From an uncultured delta proteobacterium (GTDB lineage Bacteria > Myxococcota_A > Polyangia > Fen-1088), in assembly GCA_963767925.1 (NCBI GenBank), contig CAVYGB010000010.1, positions 1,791,626 to 1,855,625 on the forward strand: a DNA stretch of 64,000 nucleotides, in the 5' to 3' direction. A program made the position numbers and the translations under genes. The notes under the pieces are model-generated. The model saw only the letters and a list, made by a program, of their open reading frames with translations. It was not told the origin of the DNA and searched no databases. Within the stretch, counting starts at the first letter, position 1; the number at the start of each line of letters is the position of its first letter. Shown piece after piece: positions 28,939 to 39,598 of the stretch.

Positions 28939-30387
28939 ATGACGAGTCGAGGTCGGTTCGGAAGCGCGCTGCTGGTCGTCGCCACGCTCGCCGGCGCCTG
29001 CGGGGAGGACGCTCGCGATGAACGCCCGGCGCTCAGCACCTGTGGCCCACCGCCACGCGAGCTGGCAGGTGACCCGGCCGTCCTCCGTGTGCTGGATGGG
29101 CTGCCGCAGCGGCGGATCGTGGACGGGGTCTGGCTGAACGGCTACGACAACACCCGCCTCACCATCGAGCTGGAGGTCGCCGCGCCCATGTCCGACGACG
29201 ACCGCTGCGGGCAGCCGCTGCTGGTCCCCGTGACCGCCCGCGTCCGCTCGAGCGACGGCTTCATCGACGCCCGGCCGGATCAGCTCCGGATCACGGCGAG
29301 CGAGATCCTGCTGGAGGTGGCCACACCCGGCGTGCCCGCGCCGTATCTCCAGTTCCAGGACGGCCCCGAGGCCTTCCGGCGTACCGCCCGCCCGGCGGCG
29401 TCCAGCGGGCCCACCCTCCGGATTCGCTTCGCCGAGGGGCTCCCCTTCGGCGAGCCCGCCGTGAGCGCCGATCTCGCGGTGGAGGGGACACTGGTCGTGG
29501 GCCTCTGGTCCAGCGAGCGGAGCCTGATCCCGCGCGGCCCCCACAAGCCCTACCTCGTCCCGCCCGCGCTGGAGGCCGAGTGCGCCCCGGCCGCCGCTTT
29601 CACCTCGGCGAGCGCCCAGTACACGGCGTTTTCCAGCGCAGCCGAGGCGGCCGCCGCCCCGGTCGGCAACTGGATCCGCTGCCGCGACGCCGGCGGCAGC
29701 CCGCACGCCGGCCTGCAGGTGAGCGCCGACGGCACCTGGCGGCACGCGATCTGGGAGAGCGACCGCTTCGTCATCCAGCGGGGGCTCACCCACGAGGGGA
29801 TCGTGCGGCCACCGATCGACACCTCCGAGAACAACGGCCGGCCGGGCCTTTATCAGGTGGATCTGGCGGGCGACCTCGCGACGCGCGCCACCCGCATCTG
29901 GGGTGACCGGATGATCGTATCGGACCTCGCCAGCAACGCGCCCCCCGAGGCGGTCTACGTGCGGACCAGCCGGCCGTTCGCCGAACGCCCGGTCCCGTTC
30001 CAGCCGCGCGAGCGGGCCGGCGCCGCCGCCTGCGCCCACCCGGAAGAGGGGATCGTCGAGATGGCGAGCAGCACCGAGCTGACCCCGATCCTCGCAGGCC
30101 GGTGGACCCTCTGCTCGGGCAACCTGCTCGACGAGCTGGCCGGGATCCACTTCGAAGGCGCCGACAGCGTCACCCTCACCTACGCCGGCCCCACCCCACC
30201 CCGCACCACGACCTACCGCGTGTCGACCAACCCCGGCCCCTTCCCCGGCATCCGCTCCGCGACGCTGATCCTCGCCGACGACACCACCTGGGAGGTCATC
30301 CTCTCCGAACGCCCCCTCAAGATCTTCCTCACCACCCCACCCAGCGAAGCCCACCCCGACCGCGCCTACTTCACCGCCGTCCCGTGA
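28939..30387 (+). CDS. Hypothetical lipoprotein
   Basis: RBS ggagg, LAGAC lipobox, GC-rich third positions. Confidence 0.65.
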   Translation: MTSRGRFGSALLVVATLAGACGEDARDERPALSTCGPPPRELAGDPAVLRVLDGLPQRRIVDGVWLNGYDNTRLTIELEVAAPMSDDDRCGQPLLVPVTARVRSSDGFIDARPDQLRITASEILLEVATPGVPAPYLQFQDGPEAFRRTARPAASSGPTLRIRFAEGLPFGEPAVSADLAVEGTLVVGLWSSERSLIPRGPHKPYLVPPALEAECAPAAAFTSASAQYTAFSSAAEAAAAPVGNWIRCRDAGGSPHAGLQVSADGTWRHAIWESDRFVIQRGLTHEGIVRPPIDTSENNGRPGLYQVDLAGDLATRATRIWGDRMIVSDLASNAPPEAVYVRTSRPFAERPVPFQPRERAGAAACAHPEEGIVEMASSTELTPILAGRWTLCSGNLLDELAGIHFEGADSVTLTYAGPTPPRTTTYRVSTNPGPFPGIRSATLILADDTTWEVILSERPLKIFLTTPPSEAHPDRAYFTAVP

Positions 30388-30748
30388 AGCCCCACCCGAT
30401 CCTCGCCCGCTCGATCGCCTGCGCCGCCCTGGCGGCGGCCGCCTGCCCCTCCCCCGACCGATCAGCACCCCTCGGCCCCACCTATCGATTCTCGATCAAG
30501 CGCGTTCCGCCCTACCTCTCGGCTAGCGTGCCCCTGGCGTCGGTAACAGGGAGGGGAAAGGGGCGATCCCGCCAATTTTCGTCGGGGTGGCCTCGACTTC
30601 CTGAGCGGGAGGAGTCCTGGCGGGGGCGGGGGGCGGGGGGGATTGTGCGGTTTCCAGGAGGGGCGGGGGCGGGGGCAGTGCGGAACGGACTTTGCTGACC
30701 TCCCGGATCTCCGGCGCGGTTGCCGGAGCTGAACCAGGGAGGCTACCC

Positions 30749-31387
30749 ATGTTTGCAGCACGAATTCCCGCGGCGCTCTTCGGAGCCGCAATGGCCCTGT
30801 CGCTCGGGGCCTGCGACGATCCCGAGGCCATCCGCGACCTCATCGACGATCTTCGGGAGCACGGCGGCACGCCGGACCAGGGGGGCGTGGGCGCGAGCTG
30901 CGGCGGGCGCGAGCGGCACGCGCGGGCCTGCAAGCCCGACCTGCACTGCATGCCGAAGCCCGGCGCCTGCAACGTGGCGCAGGAGGCCGGCGTGTGTGAG
31001 GTCACCCCCACCGCCTGCAGCCGGGAGTTCGTCCCGGTGTGCGGCTGCGACGGCCAGACCTACAACAACGACTGCCTCCACCGCGCGGCCAAGGTAGGCC
31101 TGGTGCACGCCGGCGCCTGCGGCCGCCCGGTGGCCAAGGAAGGCGAGATGTGCGGGGGCTTCGCGGGCATTCGCTGTGGTGAGGGGCTATTCTGCGATCC
31201 CCCGGCGGACATGTGCCGCGTCTTCGACGTGGGCGGCGTCTGCACCGCCCTCGACCCGGAGGCATGCAAGCTCATGCTCGCCGCGCCGGTGTGCGGCTGC
31301 GACGGCCAGACCTACGCCAACGACTGCTTCCGCATGAGCGCCGGCATCGCCAAGGCGAGCAACGGCGTCTGCCCCGCGCAGCCCTGA
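30749..31387 (+). CDS. Lipoprotein with two Kazal-type domains
   Basis: LGAC lipobox; PVCGCDGQTY(N/A)NDC twice. Confidence 0.88.
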   Translation: MFAARIPAALFGAAMALSLGACDDPEAIRDLIDDLREHGGTPDQGGVGASCGGRERHARACKPDLHCMPKPGACNVAQEAGVCEVTPTACSREFVPVCGCDGQTYNNDCLHRAAKVGLVHAGACGRPVAKEGEMCGGFAGIRCGEGLFCDPPADMCRVFDVGGVCTALDPEACKLMLAAPVCGCDGQTYANDCFRMSAGIAKASNGVCPAQP

Positions 31388-31547
31388 GCGCAGCTTCGTC
31401 CCCGCCTCACGTTGCTCGTGCACGTTTCGTGCACGTGAGCGGAAGACGTCGAACGTGCACCCCTCACGTGCTCGTGCACGGAAGACGTGCACCAAAGACG
31501 TCGAAAGCCGCGATTTTCCGGGGGGTTCAAACCGTTCGGCATTCTAG

Positions 31548-33404
31548 AACGCCGAACGGTTTGAAAGAGCAGTAATCAAGCGGCCTTCCGGAGCGGGACG
31601 CAGGCGTCGAGGCTGCGATCGATCACCTCGAGGTTCTGGACGGCGGCTGCGCGCCTGAGGTCGAAGAGGTTCTTGCGGGTTCCGCAGTATCAGGCGCGAT
31701 TGCCCTGCCTACGCCCGAGGTGGGCGAGGCGATGCTCGACGGCGACTCGTTCCCGAAGGCGCTCGCGTCCCTGTGGCGTGGAGACCAGCTTGCGCAGCCT
31801 ATGCTGTAGGCGTTCGTTGTCGGCGATGCTCACGGTTCGGCCGCTGCCGGGGCCAGCGGTGGTGCACTTGGTGCGCTGGGGGCAGCGGACGCAGGCCTCC
31901 GGGTTGAATTCGACGTCAGCGCCCAGGTCGATGGGTTCGACCTCGCCCGCTGGACAGGTGATGGTCATCGCGCGCAGGTTGATCTTGAAGTCGGCCTTGG
32001 TGAACAGCGAGCCGTTGCGCGGCACCCAGGGTTTACAGATGACCTGGCCGCCGTAGGCCAGGATCTCGGCGACCACCGAACTGGCGATGTAGCCACGGTC
32101 GATGTACAGCTCCCAGATGGCACGGCCCTGACGTTCGATGTCCGCCTTGAGCACAGGGGCGGCCTCTTCCTCGGGCCGTTGGCCGGCGTCATGGTGCAGG
32201 CGATGATCAGGTCGGTGTCCAGGTCGGTGGCAATGTGCCGCTGTAGCCATTGAACAGCTTCGTCCTGCTCTTGCGACCATGTCGCATGTCCGGATCCTGG
32301 ATCGACACCCGTCTTTCTGGTGCGACACCCCTGCGAATGCGAGTCCCGCCGCCCACCACCTTCCGGGTCGGGTTCGAGGTCTTGGGTCCGAATCTGGACG
32401 AGCGTGTCGACGTGCTCCTTGAGGGAAGGCTCGGTCACGGCGACAGGCAGCCGCTTTCGCAGCCAAGCGTCGAGGGAATCGAGTTGCTCGACGAGGGTGC
32501 TGAGGGCTCCGGCCTTGGCCTCGGGGTTGCTCCATTCGACGTCGAGCCCTCGCTTGACGCTACTGCTGAGCAGGAGGGGCATGCCCGCCTCGCGCGCCAC
32601 CCGTTCGGCGGACCAACCGAGAAGCTCGGCGGCACACTCGACCACCTTGCGGGCAGCGTGTGCCAGCAGGTTGATGGCGTCCTCGACGCGCCCGGCACCG
32701 GCGAGCGGACTGGAGTCGACGGCGACCCGCAGGGTCTTGGGCAGCTTCTTCGAGTCGAATCCGTTCGTGCGGCGGGCCAGCTCCACCGTCCGCTCGAGCA
32801 GTCGTAGGTCCAGGTTGGCCCGAATCAACCGCGCGCGGAAGTCGACCAGCGTGCCCTGGACAAAGGCGGGCTCGTCTTCGCCGAGCCGGTCGAGCACCAT
32901 CTGCCACGTAGATCCATCACGGTCAGATCGACGGCCTCGGCGTCGGAGATCCCCTGGTAGCTCTGCAGGATAACCACCATCGCCAGCAGAGCGGGTGGTG
33001 TCGCATCCTTGCCCGCCCCCGTGCTTCGGTACATGGATTCGAGCTCGGCCTGGAAGGCTTCGTCGAACAGCTCGTGGCGGTGGTCACGAAGGAAGGCGAA
33101 CAGCTTCCGCGTCTTGCGCAGGCGCTTGAGCAGGCGTTCCTCCTGCTTGGTGTAGTCGAGCCGTGGCTTCCAACGATCAAGTGGAATGACGATCCTCCGC
33201 CGGCGGTCCCAGCCCGCCGTCGGTGCCATGAAGGCCACGACTATATCGATCTCGCCAATTTCCCGCTCTTCCGGACCGGGTGGGCGGCCTCGCCGCCGGG
33301 GCGCGGGCACCGCGGTTCCGTCCTCGTCCTGCCCGGCCGGAAAGGACGCCTACGCCACTCGGGCAATTCCGCGATTTTCCCGGCCCTTCAAACCGTTCGG
33401 TGCT
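31548..33404 (-). mobile_element. IS1182-family insertion sequence, decayed
   Basis: Terminal IRs share ccgaacggtttgaa; CTAG flanks both ends (31544-47 and 33405-08). Confidence 0.8.
31576..33190 (-). pseudogene. IS1182-family transposase, with frameshifts and an internal TGA at 31690
   Basis: Fragments LFAFLR…PPALLAM…SDAEAV, VDSSPL, YIDRGY, LRERVAVEH in different frames; the frame continues past the stop as YCGTRKNLFDLRR. Confidence 0.85.
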
Positions 33405-33408
33405 CTAG

Positions 33409-33450
33409 AGCCCCGGTCCCGGCATCTCGGCGCCGGGGCTTTCGCTTTCT
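33409..33450 (+). terminator. GC hairpin with T-rich tail
   Basis: agccccgg (33409-16) pairs with ccggggct (33433-40), then ttcgctttct. Confidence 0.45.
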
Positions 33451-33498
33451 AGCCCCCTGCTGATCCGCCCTGCACTCGCCGTGCAATCTGGGAAATCA

Positions 33499-34909
33499 GG
33501 CTCTCCTGACGTTCTCATGGGTGTAGCGGCGGCGACTTGAACACGGGGTGGAGCACGAGGCCGGTGCAGCAGAGCATGATGAGGCCGATGAGGCTCCGGG
33601 CGTTGTGAAAGCCGTAGGCCCTGCGAGTGATGGTCCTGATCTTCCCGTTGAGCCCCTCGACGCGGCCGTTGTTGAGGCCAGTCGACACGATGGCGACCAC
33701 GCCTTCGAAGTACTTGCGGATGGTGGCCGCCGCCTTCTTGAACGGCTTGAGGCGGGAGCGGCGTGCCCAGCTGATCCACTCGGCCAACTTGTCGCGGACG
33801 ACGGCGACCTGGCGGCGGCCGAGGATGTCGGCGAGCACCGTCTTGAGCAGGTAGGCCCGGTACAGGCGCCGGTTGGTCCGCTGAATCGTCGAGAGCCGCT
33901 GGTGTTCGACCGCCGATAGGTTCCAGTGGTTCTTGAGCAGCGCCCAGCGGGTCTTCTTGAGGCCCTGACGTTCGTCGGCGCCCTCCAGGGCGCGGACCTC
34001 GGCGCGACGAACTTCGTCGAGCGCGTCCTGCACCAGTCGCTGGACGTGGAAGCGATCGAACACGAGCTGCGCCTGCGGCGCTCTGCTGGTGACCGCCTCG
34101 ATGTACGCCGCGGACATGTCCACGGTGACGCACTTGAGCTTGGCCGTTCGCTCGGGCCCCAGGGCGTCGAAGAAGCGCCCGACCGTCGCGACGTTCTTGC
34201 CCTCGGACACCCATACCACGCGCTGCTGGACGTGGTCGACGACGACGGTCAGGTACTCGTGGTGCCGGCGGTACGACAGCTCGTCGATGCCGATGTACTC
34301 CACGTCGTCGAGCAGGTCGACTTGGCGACAGCGAGCCACGACGCGCTCGATGATGGAGCCCACGGTGCTCCAGGCGATCCTCATCGTCTTCGACACCGTG
34401 GTCTGGTCACTGCGCTGGGCGAGGTAGGCCACGTGGTCCTCGAAGTCCCGCGTGTAGCGCGAGTCGTGCTCCGCCCATGGCACCAACTCGGCAACGGTCC
34501 CGCACCGCCGCAGTCGACGCGCCGGAGGTCGTACCGCAGCGTCACCTCCATGCCGCCGAAGTCCAGGTGGCGCCAGGTCCGCGAGCGTCGGTCGTAGATG
34601 CTCGCCGGGTGCGCCCACAGCCGGAGCACCTGGGCAGCCGGGTGATGGGAGCGACCTCGACCTCGAGTCCAGACGGCCCGAAATCGGCGCCGAGGACGCG
34701 AGTCTGTTTCATCGCGAGGATGGAGCGGAGTAAGCTGGTGACGCGCATGGGGCTGAGGGGCGGCATGGTGGTGTGGTAACTCCCACGCTACCCCCACTTC
34801 CGTGCGCGCTGATCCGGCTTCTCACGCCACCCTTGCGGTGCCCCCTTCTCCGTCGGTGAGCACCCTCGTCGTGCTCTGATCAGGCGCCCACGAAGACGTC
34901 AGGAGAGCC
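33499..34909 (-). mobile_element. ISL3-family insertion sequence
   Basis: IRs begin ggctctcctgacgt at both ends; 8-bp TSD ggaaatca at 33491-98 and 34910-17. Confidence 0.93.
33515..34748 (-). pseudogene. ISL3 transposase, with two apparent frameshifts in the N-terminal Zn-finger part
   Basis: CSGCG, IGIDE, VTVDMS, FDRFHV, EGLNGKI, AYGF. Confidence 0.9.
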
Positions 34910-34977
34910 GGAAATCACCCCACTGCACGCGCGCTTTTGGCCGAGAAAGTCGCGGTGATATAGCGTGAGAGACAACA

Positions 34978-35614
34978 ACATCTATACGGACGCGCAACTC
35001 GCCACGCTCGTGGCGGCCGCGCGCGCACTCGGTCCGACTACGGCTCTGCGCGGCGCAACCAATACGACGCCTTTCGGCCTGCTCGCCGCGACCGGAATCC
35101 GCGTCTCGGAGGCCCGTCACCTCGCGCAGGGCGATGTCGATCTCCACGGCGCGATCCTCCACATCCGCGCTACCAAGTTCCGCAAGTCGCGCCTCGTGCC
35201 GCTGCACCCCACAACGGCTTCGGCGCTGCGCTCGTACGCCTTGCGGCGGGATCGCGCTGCACAGCCCTCACCGACGGCAGCGTTCTTCGTAGGAGCGCGC
35301 GGCCTCCCGCTGGCGTACAGCACGATCCGCTCAGTATTTCTGAGCCTGCGTCGGGCGCTTGGCTGGGAGCAGCTGACCCCCGGCCGAGGATTCACGATCT
35401 TCGCCACACCTTCGCGTGCCGACGACGACGCGACTGGTATGCCAGCGGCGTCGACGTCGCACCGCTTGTCGCTTCGCTTGCGACGTACCTCGGCCACGCG
35501 CACGTGACGGACACCTACTGGTACCTGACAGCTTCGCCCGACCTTCTCGCGCAGGCCGCAGGCCGTTTTGCCACGCTCATCGAGCCGAGCACGCGGCCGG
35601 ATGGTGCCCAATGA
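34978..35614 (+). pseudogene. RIT-element middle tyrosine recombinase (RitB-like), 5'-truncated and frameshifted
   Basis: IYTDAQ, TGIRVSEA, TKFRKSRLVP; second frame HDLRHTFA…LATYLGH…TYWYL. Confidence 0.8.
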
Positions 35615-36621
35615 TGCCGCCCACGCCAGCCCTCTCGTTTGCCCGGCTGCTCCAGGACTTCTTCTGCGAGTACCTGCTCGCACAGCGTAACGCCAGCCCA
35701 CGCACCATCTCGAGCTACCGCGACGCTTTTCGTCTGCTGCTCCGTTACATGAGGGATCATGCACGGAAGCCACTCGCGACATTGACACTGGCCGAGCTCG
35801 ACGCGCCAGCTCTCCTCGCATTCCTCGAGCACCTGGAACGCGACCGGCGCAACGGCATCCGGAGCCGCAACGCACGCCTGGCCGCGCTGCGATCCTTCTA
35901 CCGATACGTCGCCACGCGGGACCCGCTGTCGCTGCCGATCGCCCAGCGTGTACTGGCGATCCCTGCGAAGCGGCACGATCGACCGCTGCTCGGGTTCCTC
36001 TCGCGCGAAGAGATGGATACCGCGCAGCGCGCACCCGACGCCAGAACCTGGAGCGGGCGCCGCGATCGCGTCCTGCTGGCCACCCTCTACAACACGGGTG
36101 CGCGCGTCTCGGAGGCCATCGGCCTGCGCGCCACGGACGTCGACACGGGATCGTCGACCGCGGCCGTACACCTACGAGGCAAGGGCCGCAAGGAGCGCCG
36201 GGTTCCACTGTGGAAAACCACCGGGCGGCTGCTCGAGACGTGGCTCGTGGAGAACTCCGGCCCCCCAGAGCGCCCGGTTTTCCCAAATGACCGCGGCCAT
36301 CCGCTGAGCCGCTCGGGCGTCGCCCAGCGGCTCCACCTGGCGGTCGTTGCCGCCTCGAAGATCCATCCCTCCCTCCTCAACCGCAGGATCTCGCCGCACA
36401 CGCTCCGTCACACGACCGCTATGCACCTGCCCCAGGCCGGGGTCGAGATCACCGTGATCGCCCTATGGCTCGGACACGAGAACCCAAGCACGACCCACGG
36501 CTACATCGAGGCCGAACTCGCCATGAAACAGCGCGCTCTCGACAAAATCACCCCACCAACCCACCCGCGCGCACGCTTCAAGCCCAGGGAGCACCTCCTC
36601 GCGTTCCTGGAGGGACTCTGA
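35611..36621 (+). CDS. RIT-element third tyrosine recombinase (RitC-like)
   Basis: SPRTISSYRD, RNARLAA, TGARVSE, GKGRKER, HTLRHTTAMH, WLGHE..TT..Y, LLAFLEGL end; ATGA overlap with the upstream recombinase. Confidence 0.88.
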   Translation: MMPPTPALSFARLLQDFFCEYLLAQRNASPRTISSYRDAFRLLLRYMRDHARKPLATLTLAELDAPALLAFLEHLERDRRNGIRSRNARLAALRSFYRYVATRDPLSLPIAQRVLAIPAKRHDRPLLGFLSREEMDTAQRAPDARTWSGRRDRVLLATLYNTGARVSEAIGLRATDVDTGSSTAAVHLRGKGRKERRVPLWKTTGRLLETWLVENSGPPERPVFPNDRGHPLSRSGVAQRLHLAVVAASKIHPSLLNRRISPHTLRHTTAMHLPQAGVEITVIALWLGHENPSTTHGYIEAELAMKQRALDKITPPTHPRARFKPREHLLAFLEGL

Positions 36622-36863
36622 TTATGCGCACGCCTGATCCACGCGAGAGCTGAACTGGTCGGCCACTTTCAAGAAGACTCCGCATGTCGCCGCCGGACTC
36701 GGCGGGTACCACTTCCAGCGGAATCACCGGTGACCATGAGCCCACCCGGTGGCTCGGAGACGGTTCTCCGCCCGACCCGGCCGCGAGCTTGAAGCGCGGG
36801 GGGGCTTGCCGTCACGATGGCGGCGCGCGGGGCTGGGGTTCCTGCCCGAACAGGCGGAAGCGG

Positions 36864-37619
36864 TCAGGTCTTGTTCTGCCGAAAGCCCTTTCCGTCGAGG
36901 ACGAAGGTCTCCGATCGCTCGGTGAGACGCTCGGCCATCACCTGAGCGTTGAGTGGGTCTGGGAAGACCCTGGTCCACTCCTTGAAAGGCCGGTTGGTGG
37001 TAATGAGAGTTGATCGCCTGTATTCGTAGCGTTCTGCGATGACCTGGAAGGCAAGCCTGGCCTGCGCTGGATCCATCGCGAGGACAGCGAAATCATCGAT
37101 GGCCAGGAGGTCGGCCCGGACGTAGCGCCGAAGGGCGCGTTCGAGTGAGCCGTGGACGTCAGCGCCGTGCAGGTCAGTGAGCATGCGTGGGGCGGAGGTG
37201 AAGACGACGCGCTTTTGCGCCTGGCACGCGCGGTACGCGAGAGCGCGAGCCAGGAAGGTCTTGCCCGTGCCCGGGACGCCGATGAACAGAGGGTTGGTGC
37301 CCTTGGTGAGGAAGCTGAGGTCGTGCAGGGCCAGGTACCTGGTCCGAAGCTTCTTGCGGGCGGGGTCGAAGTCGAAGTCGAAGGCGTCCACGGTGTTGAT
37401 CTCCGGGAATCGGGCGTCCTTGATGCGGCGGTCGACGGAGCTACGGATGCGGCTGTGCTTTTCCTCGTCGCACAGTCGGCTGATGACAGCGCCAACGGTC
37501 AGGTTGTCGACGGCAGCGCGTTCGAGCAGCGCCGGGATGGCGGAGGCCATGCCGGGCAAGCGCAGCCAGCGAAGCTTCTCGACCAGAACCTCGAGGCGGG
37601 CATCGTCGTTGCTCTTCAT
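36864..37619 (-). CDS. istB: IS21 helper AAA+ ATPase
   Basis: GVPGTGKT Walker A, LAIDD Walker B, ITTNRPF. Confidence 0.93.
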   Translation of the reverse strand: MKSNDDARLEVLVEKLRWLRLPGMASAIPALLERAAVDNLTVGAVISRLCDEEKHSRIRSSVDRRIKDARFPEINTVDAFDFDFDPARKKLRTRYLALHDLSFLTKGTNPLFIGVPGTGKTFLARALAYRACQAQKRVVFTSAPRMLTDLHGADVHGSLERALRRYVRADLLAIDDFAVLAMDPAQARLAFQVIAERYEYRRSTLITTNRPFKEWTRVFPDPLNAQVMAERLTERSETFVLDGKGFRQNKT

Positions 37620-39169
37620 GAAGGGTCCCCCGTGTCAGTCGGCGGCTGGGCGGGTGGATCGCCCGGGTCACGTGTCATAGCTGGGGCAACGAGCTGGTCG
37701 TACAAGCTGAGGTCGGGCTCGCGCAGGACGATGCCGTCGAGCTTGGGGTCGCCCAGGTAAAGCGGGTCGGCGGCAGGGGTGAGACCCTTCTTGTGGCGCA
37801 GGACGTACTCGACGTATTCGGCGCCGACGTGGCCGGTCTTCATGACCTCGTCCACGGCCGAGGCGGTGGCCGACTCGCCGAACAGCTCGACGAGGAAGGT
37901 CAGGCGCACCATCTCACGCCTGACCGAGCGAGTGCCGGCGGCCAGGATCTTGAAGTACTGAACGCCGGTCGCGCCCAGGCCCACGAGGCCCGGCGGCAAC
38001 TGGTTGCCCTTGGCGCGGGGCTTTCTGGCCAAGGCAACCTCGCGATGCGCGGGATCCTCGATGTCCTTGTTGGTGTCCCAGCAGCGCGCGTGGGTGGTGA
38101 GGTGCTTGGGGCCCAGGAACACGGAGACGTTGTGGTCGTTGGCGCGGATGAGCACGGTTTGGTCAACCAGGTGCGGCGGCACGGAGTACAGATTCCGATC
38201 GAAGCGGACGCGAAAGGTCTTGCTGACGGTGGCGGTGTCGATGTCGTCGGTGTTGAACGGCACGTCCGGAATCCGATGCAGCACGCGCCTTTCTTCATGC
38301 TCGAAGACCAGGGAGGGGACCTTGCCCGTGACGTCGTGGACGCGGTTGTTGGCGAAGGTATCGCGCCAGGCGACGGCCTTGGTGTTGAGATCCAGGAGAT
38401 CTGCGGGGCGACAGCCTGGCCAGAAGCGCTCGCGGACAAAGCCGACGGGCCGCTCGACGATCCCTTTCTCGTTACCGCGGGCCACGTTGCACGCGACGGC
38501 GCCGAACTGGCGAGTACCCGCGTATGCGAGAAAACGCGAGTTGAAGACGGTGGCCGCCGGCGTGTGCAGCTTCACGACGGTCTTCATGTTGTCGAAGATG
38601 TCGACCTTGGTGGCGCCCTGGAAGAAGCGAAGGGCGCGCTCCATGCATCGGAGGAACGAGCCCATGGCCTGGCTCAGGGTGAACTCCAGGTACAGGTACC
38701 GCGAGTAGCACAGCACCATCACGAAGGCGCTCACGCGACGGGGGCACCCGGGCAGCGCGAAGCCGAAGTCGGCCCAGTCAACCTGCGCCGCCGCGCCGAC
38801 GGGAAAGTCGAGGGTCAGAAATGGCTCGCGCTCGGCGTGCGGCCGCAGGCCGCGTAGCCGGTCGCGCAAGATCGTGATCCCGCCGCGGTAGCCGAGCGTG
38901 CGCAACCGCTCGAGCATCGCCGGCGCACGCATCTCGGGCGTCTCGCCCAGGATCTGGCGGATGGCGCCTTCGAAGGGCTGCAGCAGCTTTGCGCGCGCAA
39001 CGGCGGGCTGGTCCCGCTTTCGCGCTCGGTCCCCGTCGAGAAACTTGCGGACCGTCCGACGCGCCATCTTCAGTCGGCGTCCGATTGAGCGGATCCCGAG
39101 CCCTTCGGCGTACGCTAGCCGAAGTACTTCCGCCCGGCGCTGGGCGAGCCGGTCTTCGTCAGCGCTCAT
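37616..39169 (-). CDS. istA: IS21 DDE transposase
   Basis: N-terminal HTH; AQVDW, YSRY, FDNMKT, KGIVER. Confidence 0.93.
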   Translation of the reverse strand: MSADEDRLAQRRAEVLRLAYAEGLGIRSIGRRLKMARRTVRKFLDGDRARKRDQPAVARAKLLQPFEGAIRQILGETPEMRAPAMLERLRTLGYRGGITILRDRLRGLRPHAEREPFLTLDFPVGAAAQVDWADFGFALPGCPRRVSAFVMVLCYSRYLYLEFTLSQAMGSFLRCMERALRFFQGATKVDIFDNMKTVVKLHTPAATVFNSRFLAYAGTRQFGAVACNVARGNEKGIVERPVGFVRERFWPGCRPADLLDLNTKAVAWRDTFANNRVHDVTGKVPSLVFEHEERRVLHRIPDVPFNTDDIDTATVSKTFRVRFDRNLYSVPPHLVDQTVLIRANDHNVSVFLGPKHLTTHARCWDTNKDIEDPAHREVALARKPRAKGNQLPPGLVGLGATGVQYFKILAAGTRSVRREMVRLTFLVELFGESATASAVDEVMKTGHVGAEYVEYVLRHKKGLTPAADPLYLGDPKLDGIVLREPDLSLYDQLVAPAMTRDPGDPPAQPPTDTGDPS

Positions 39170-39220
39170 GATCAGCGATGGTCATCGAGTGCGGAGGGGC
39201 CGCTGCAGACAGGACGATGA

Positions 39221-39598
39221 TCATCGCGCCATCTCAAAGAGCGTCAGCTGGCGCAGGTCACGGAAATCGCCAAGACCATCGAGCCGATCACGTCGGCGCG
39301 GAGGGCGGCGGGCCGCGACCACCTCGAGCGTGTACAGCGGCGTCCGCAGGTGCTCGGCGGCCAGATCGGGACACAAATTCGTCACGAACGTACCGTCCTG
39401 GGCGTCTGCAGCGAGCACAGCGTGGACCGGCCGGCTGTGCCACAGCGCCAGCGCCTCCAGCAGCGTCGGCAGCGCCCGCTGGTGCCACGGCGTCGGGGCC
39501 AGCCTTGCCTTGAGCAGCGTCTGCTCTGGTCCGTCCGTCACTAGCACCCTGGTCCACTCTCGTCGCGGGTGGATCGTCACCCAGATCCGGTCGTGCAT
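39221..39598 (-). CDS. IS21 passenger hypothetical protein
   Basis: RBS ggagg before ATG 39598; globular beta/alpha pattern (LLKARL…LLEALALW). Confidence 0.6.
   Translation of the reverse strand: MHDRIWVTIHPRREWTRVLVTDGPEQTLLKARLAPTPWHQRALPTLLEALALWHSRPVHAVLAADAQDGTFVTNLCPDLAAEHLRTPLYTLEVVAARRPPRRRDRLDGLGDFRDLRQLTLFEMAR

Noticed and set aside
30384..30500. Lipoprotein start overlapping the previous stop (VKPHPILARSIACAALAAAAC)
   Set aside because: Signal-like for about 25 codons, then loses coding character; too weak to call.
31401..31505. Mini-CRISPR or REP array
   Set aside because: No constant repeat/spacer period; only degenerate palindromic words.
33409..33498. tRNA 3' end or att site at the island boundary
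   Set aside because: A terminator-like hairpin is present, but no T-arm (GTTCRA) with CCA end or cloverleaf could be found.
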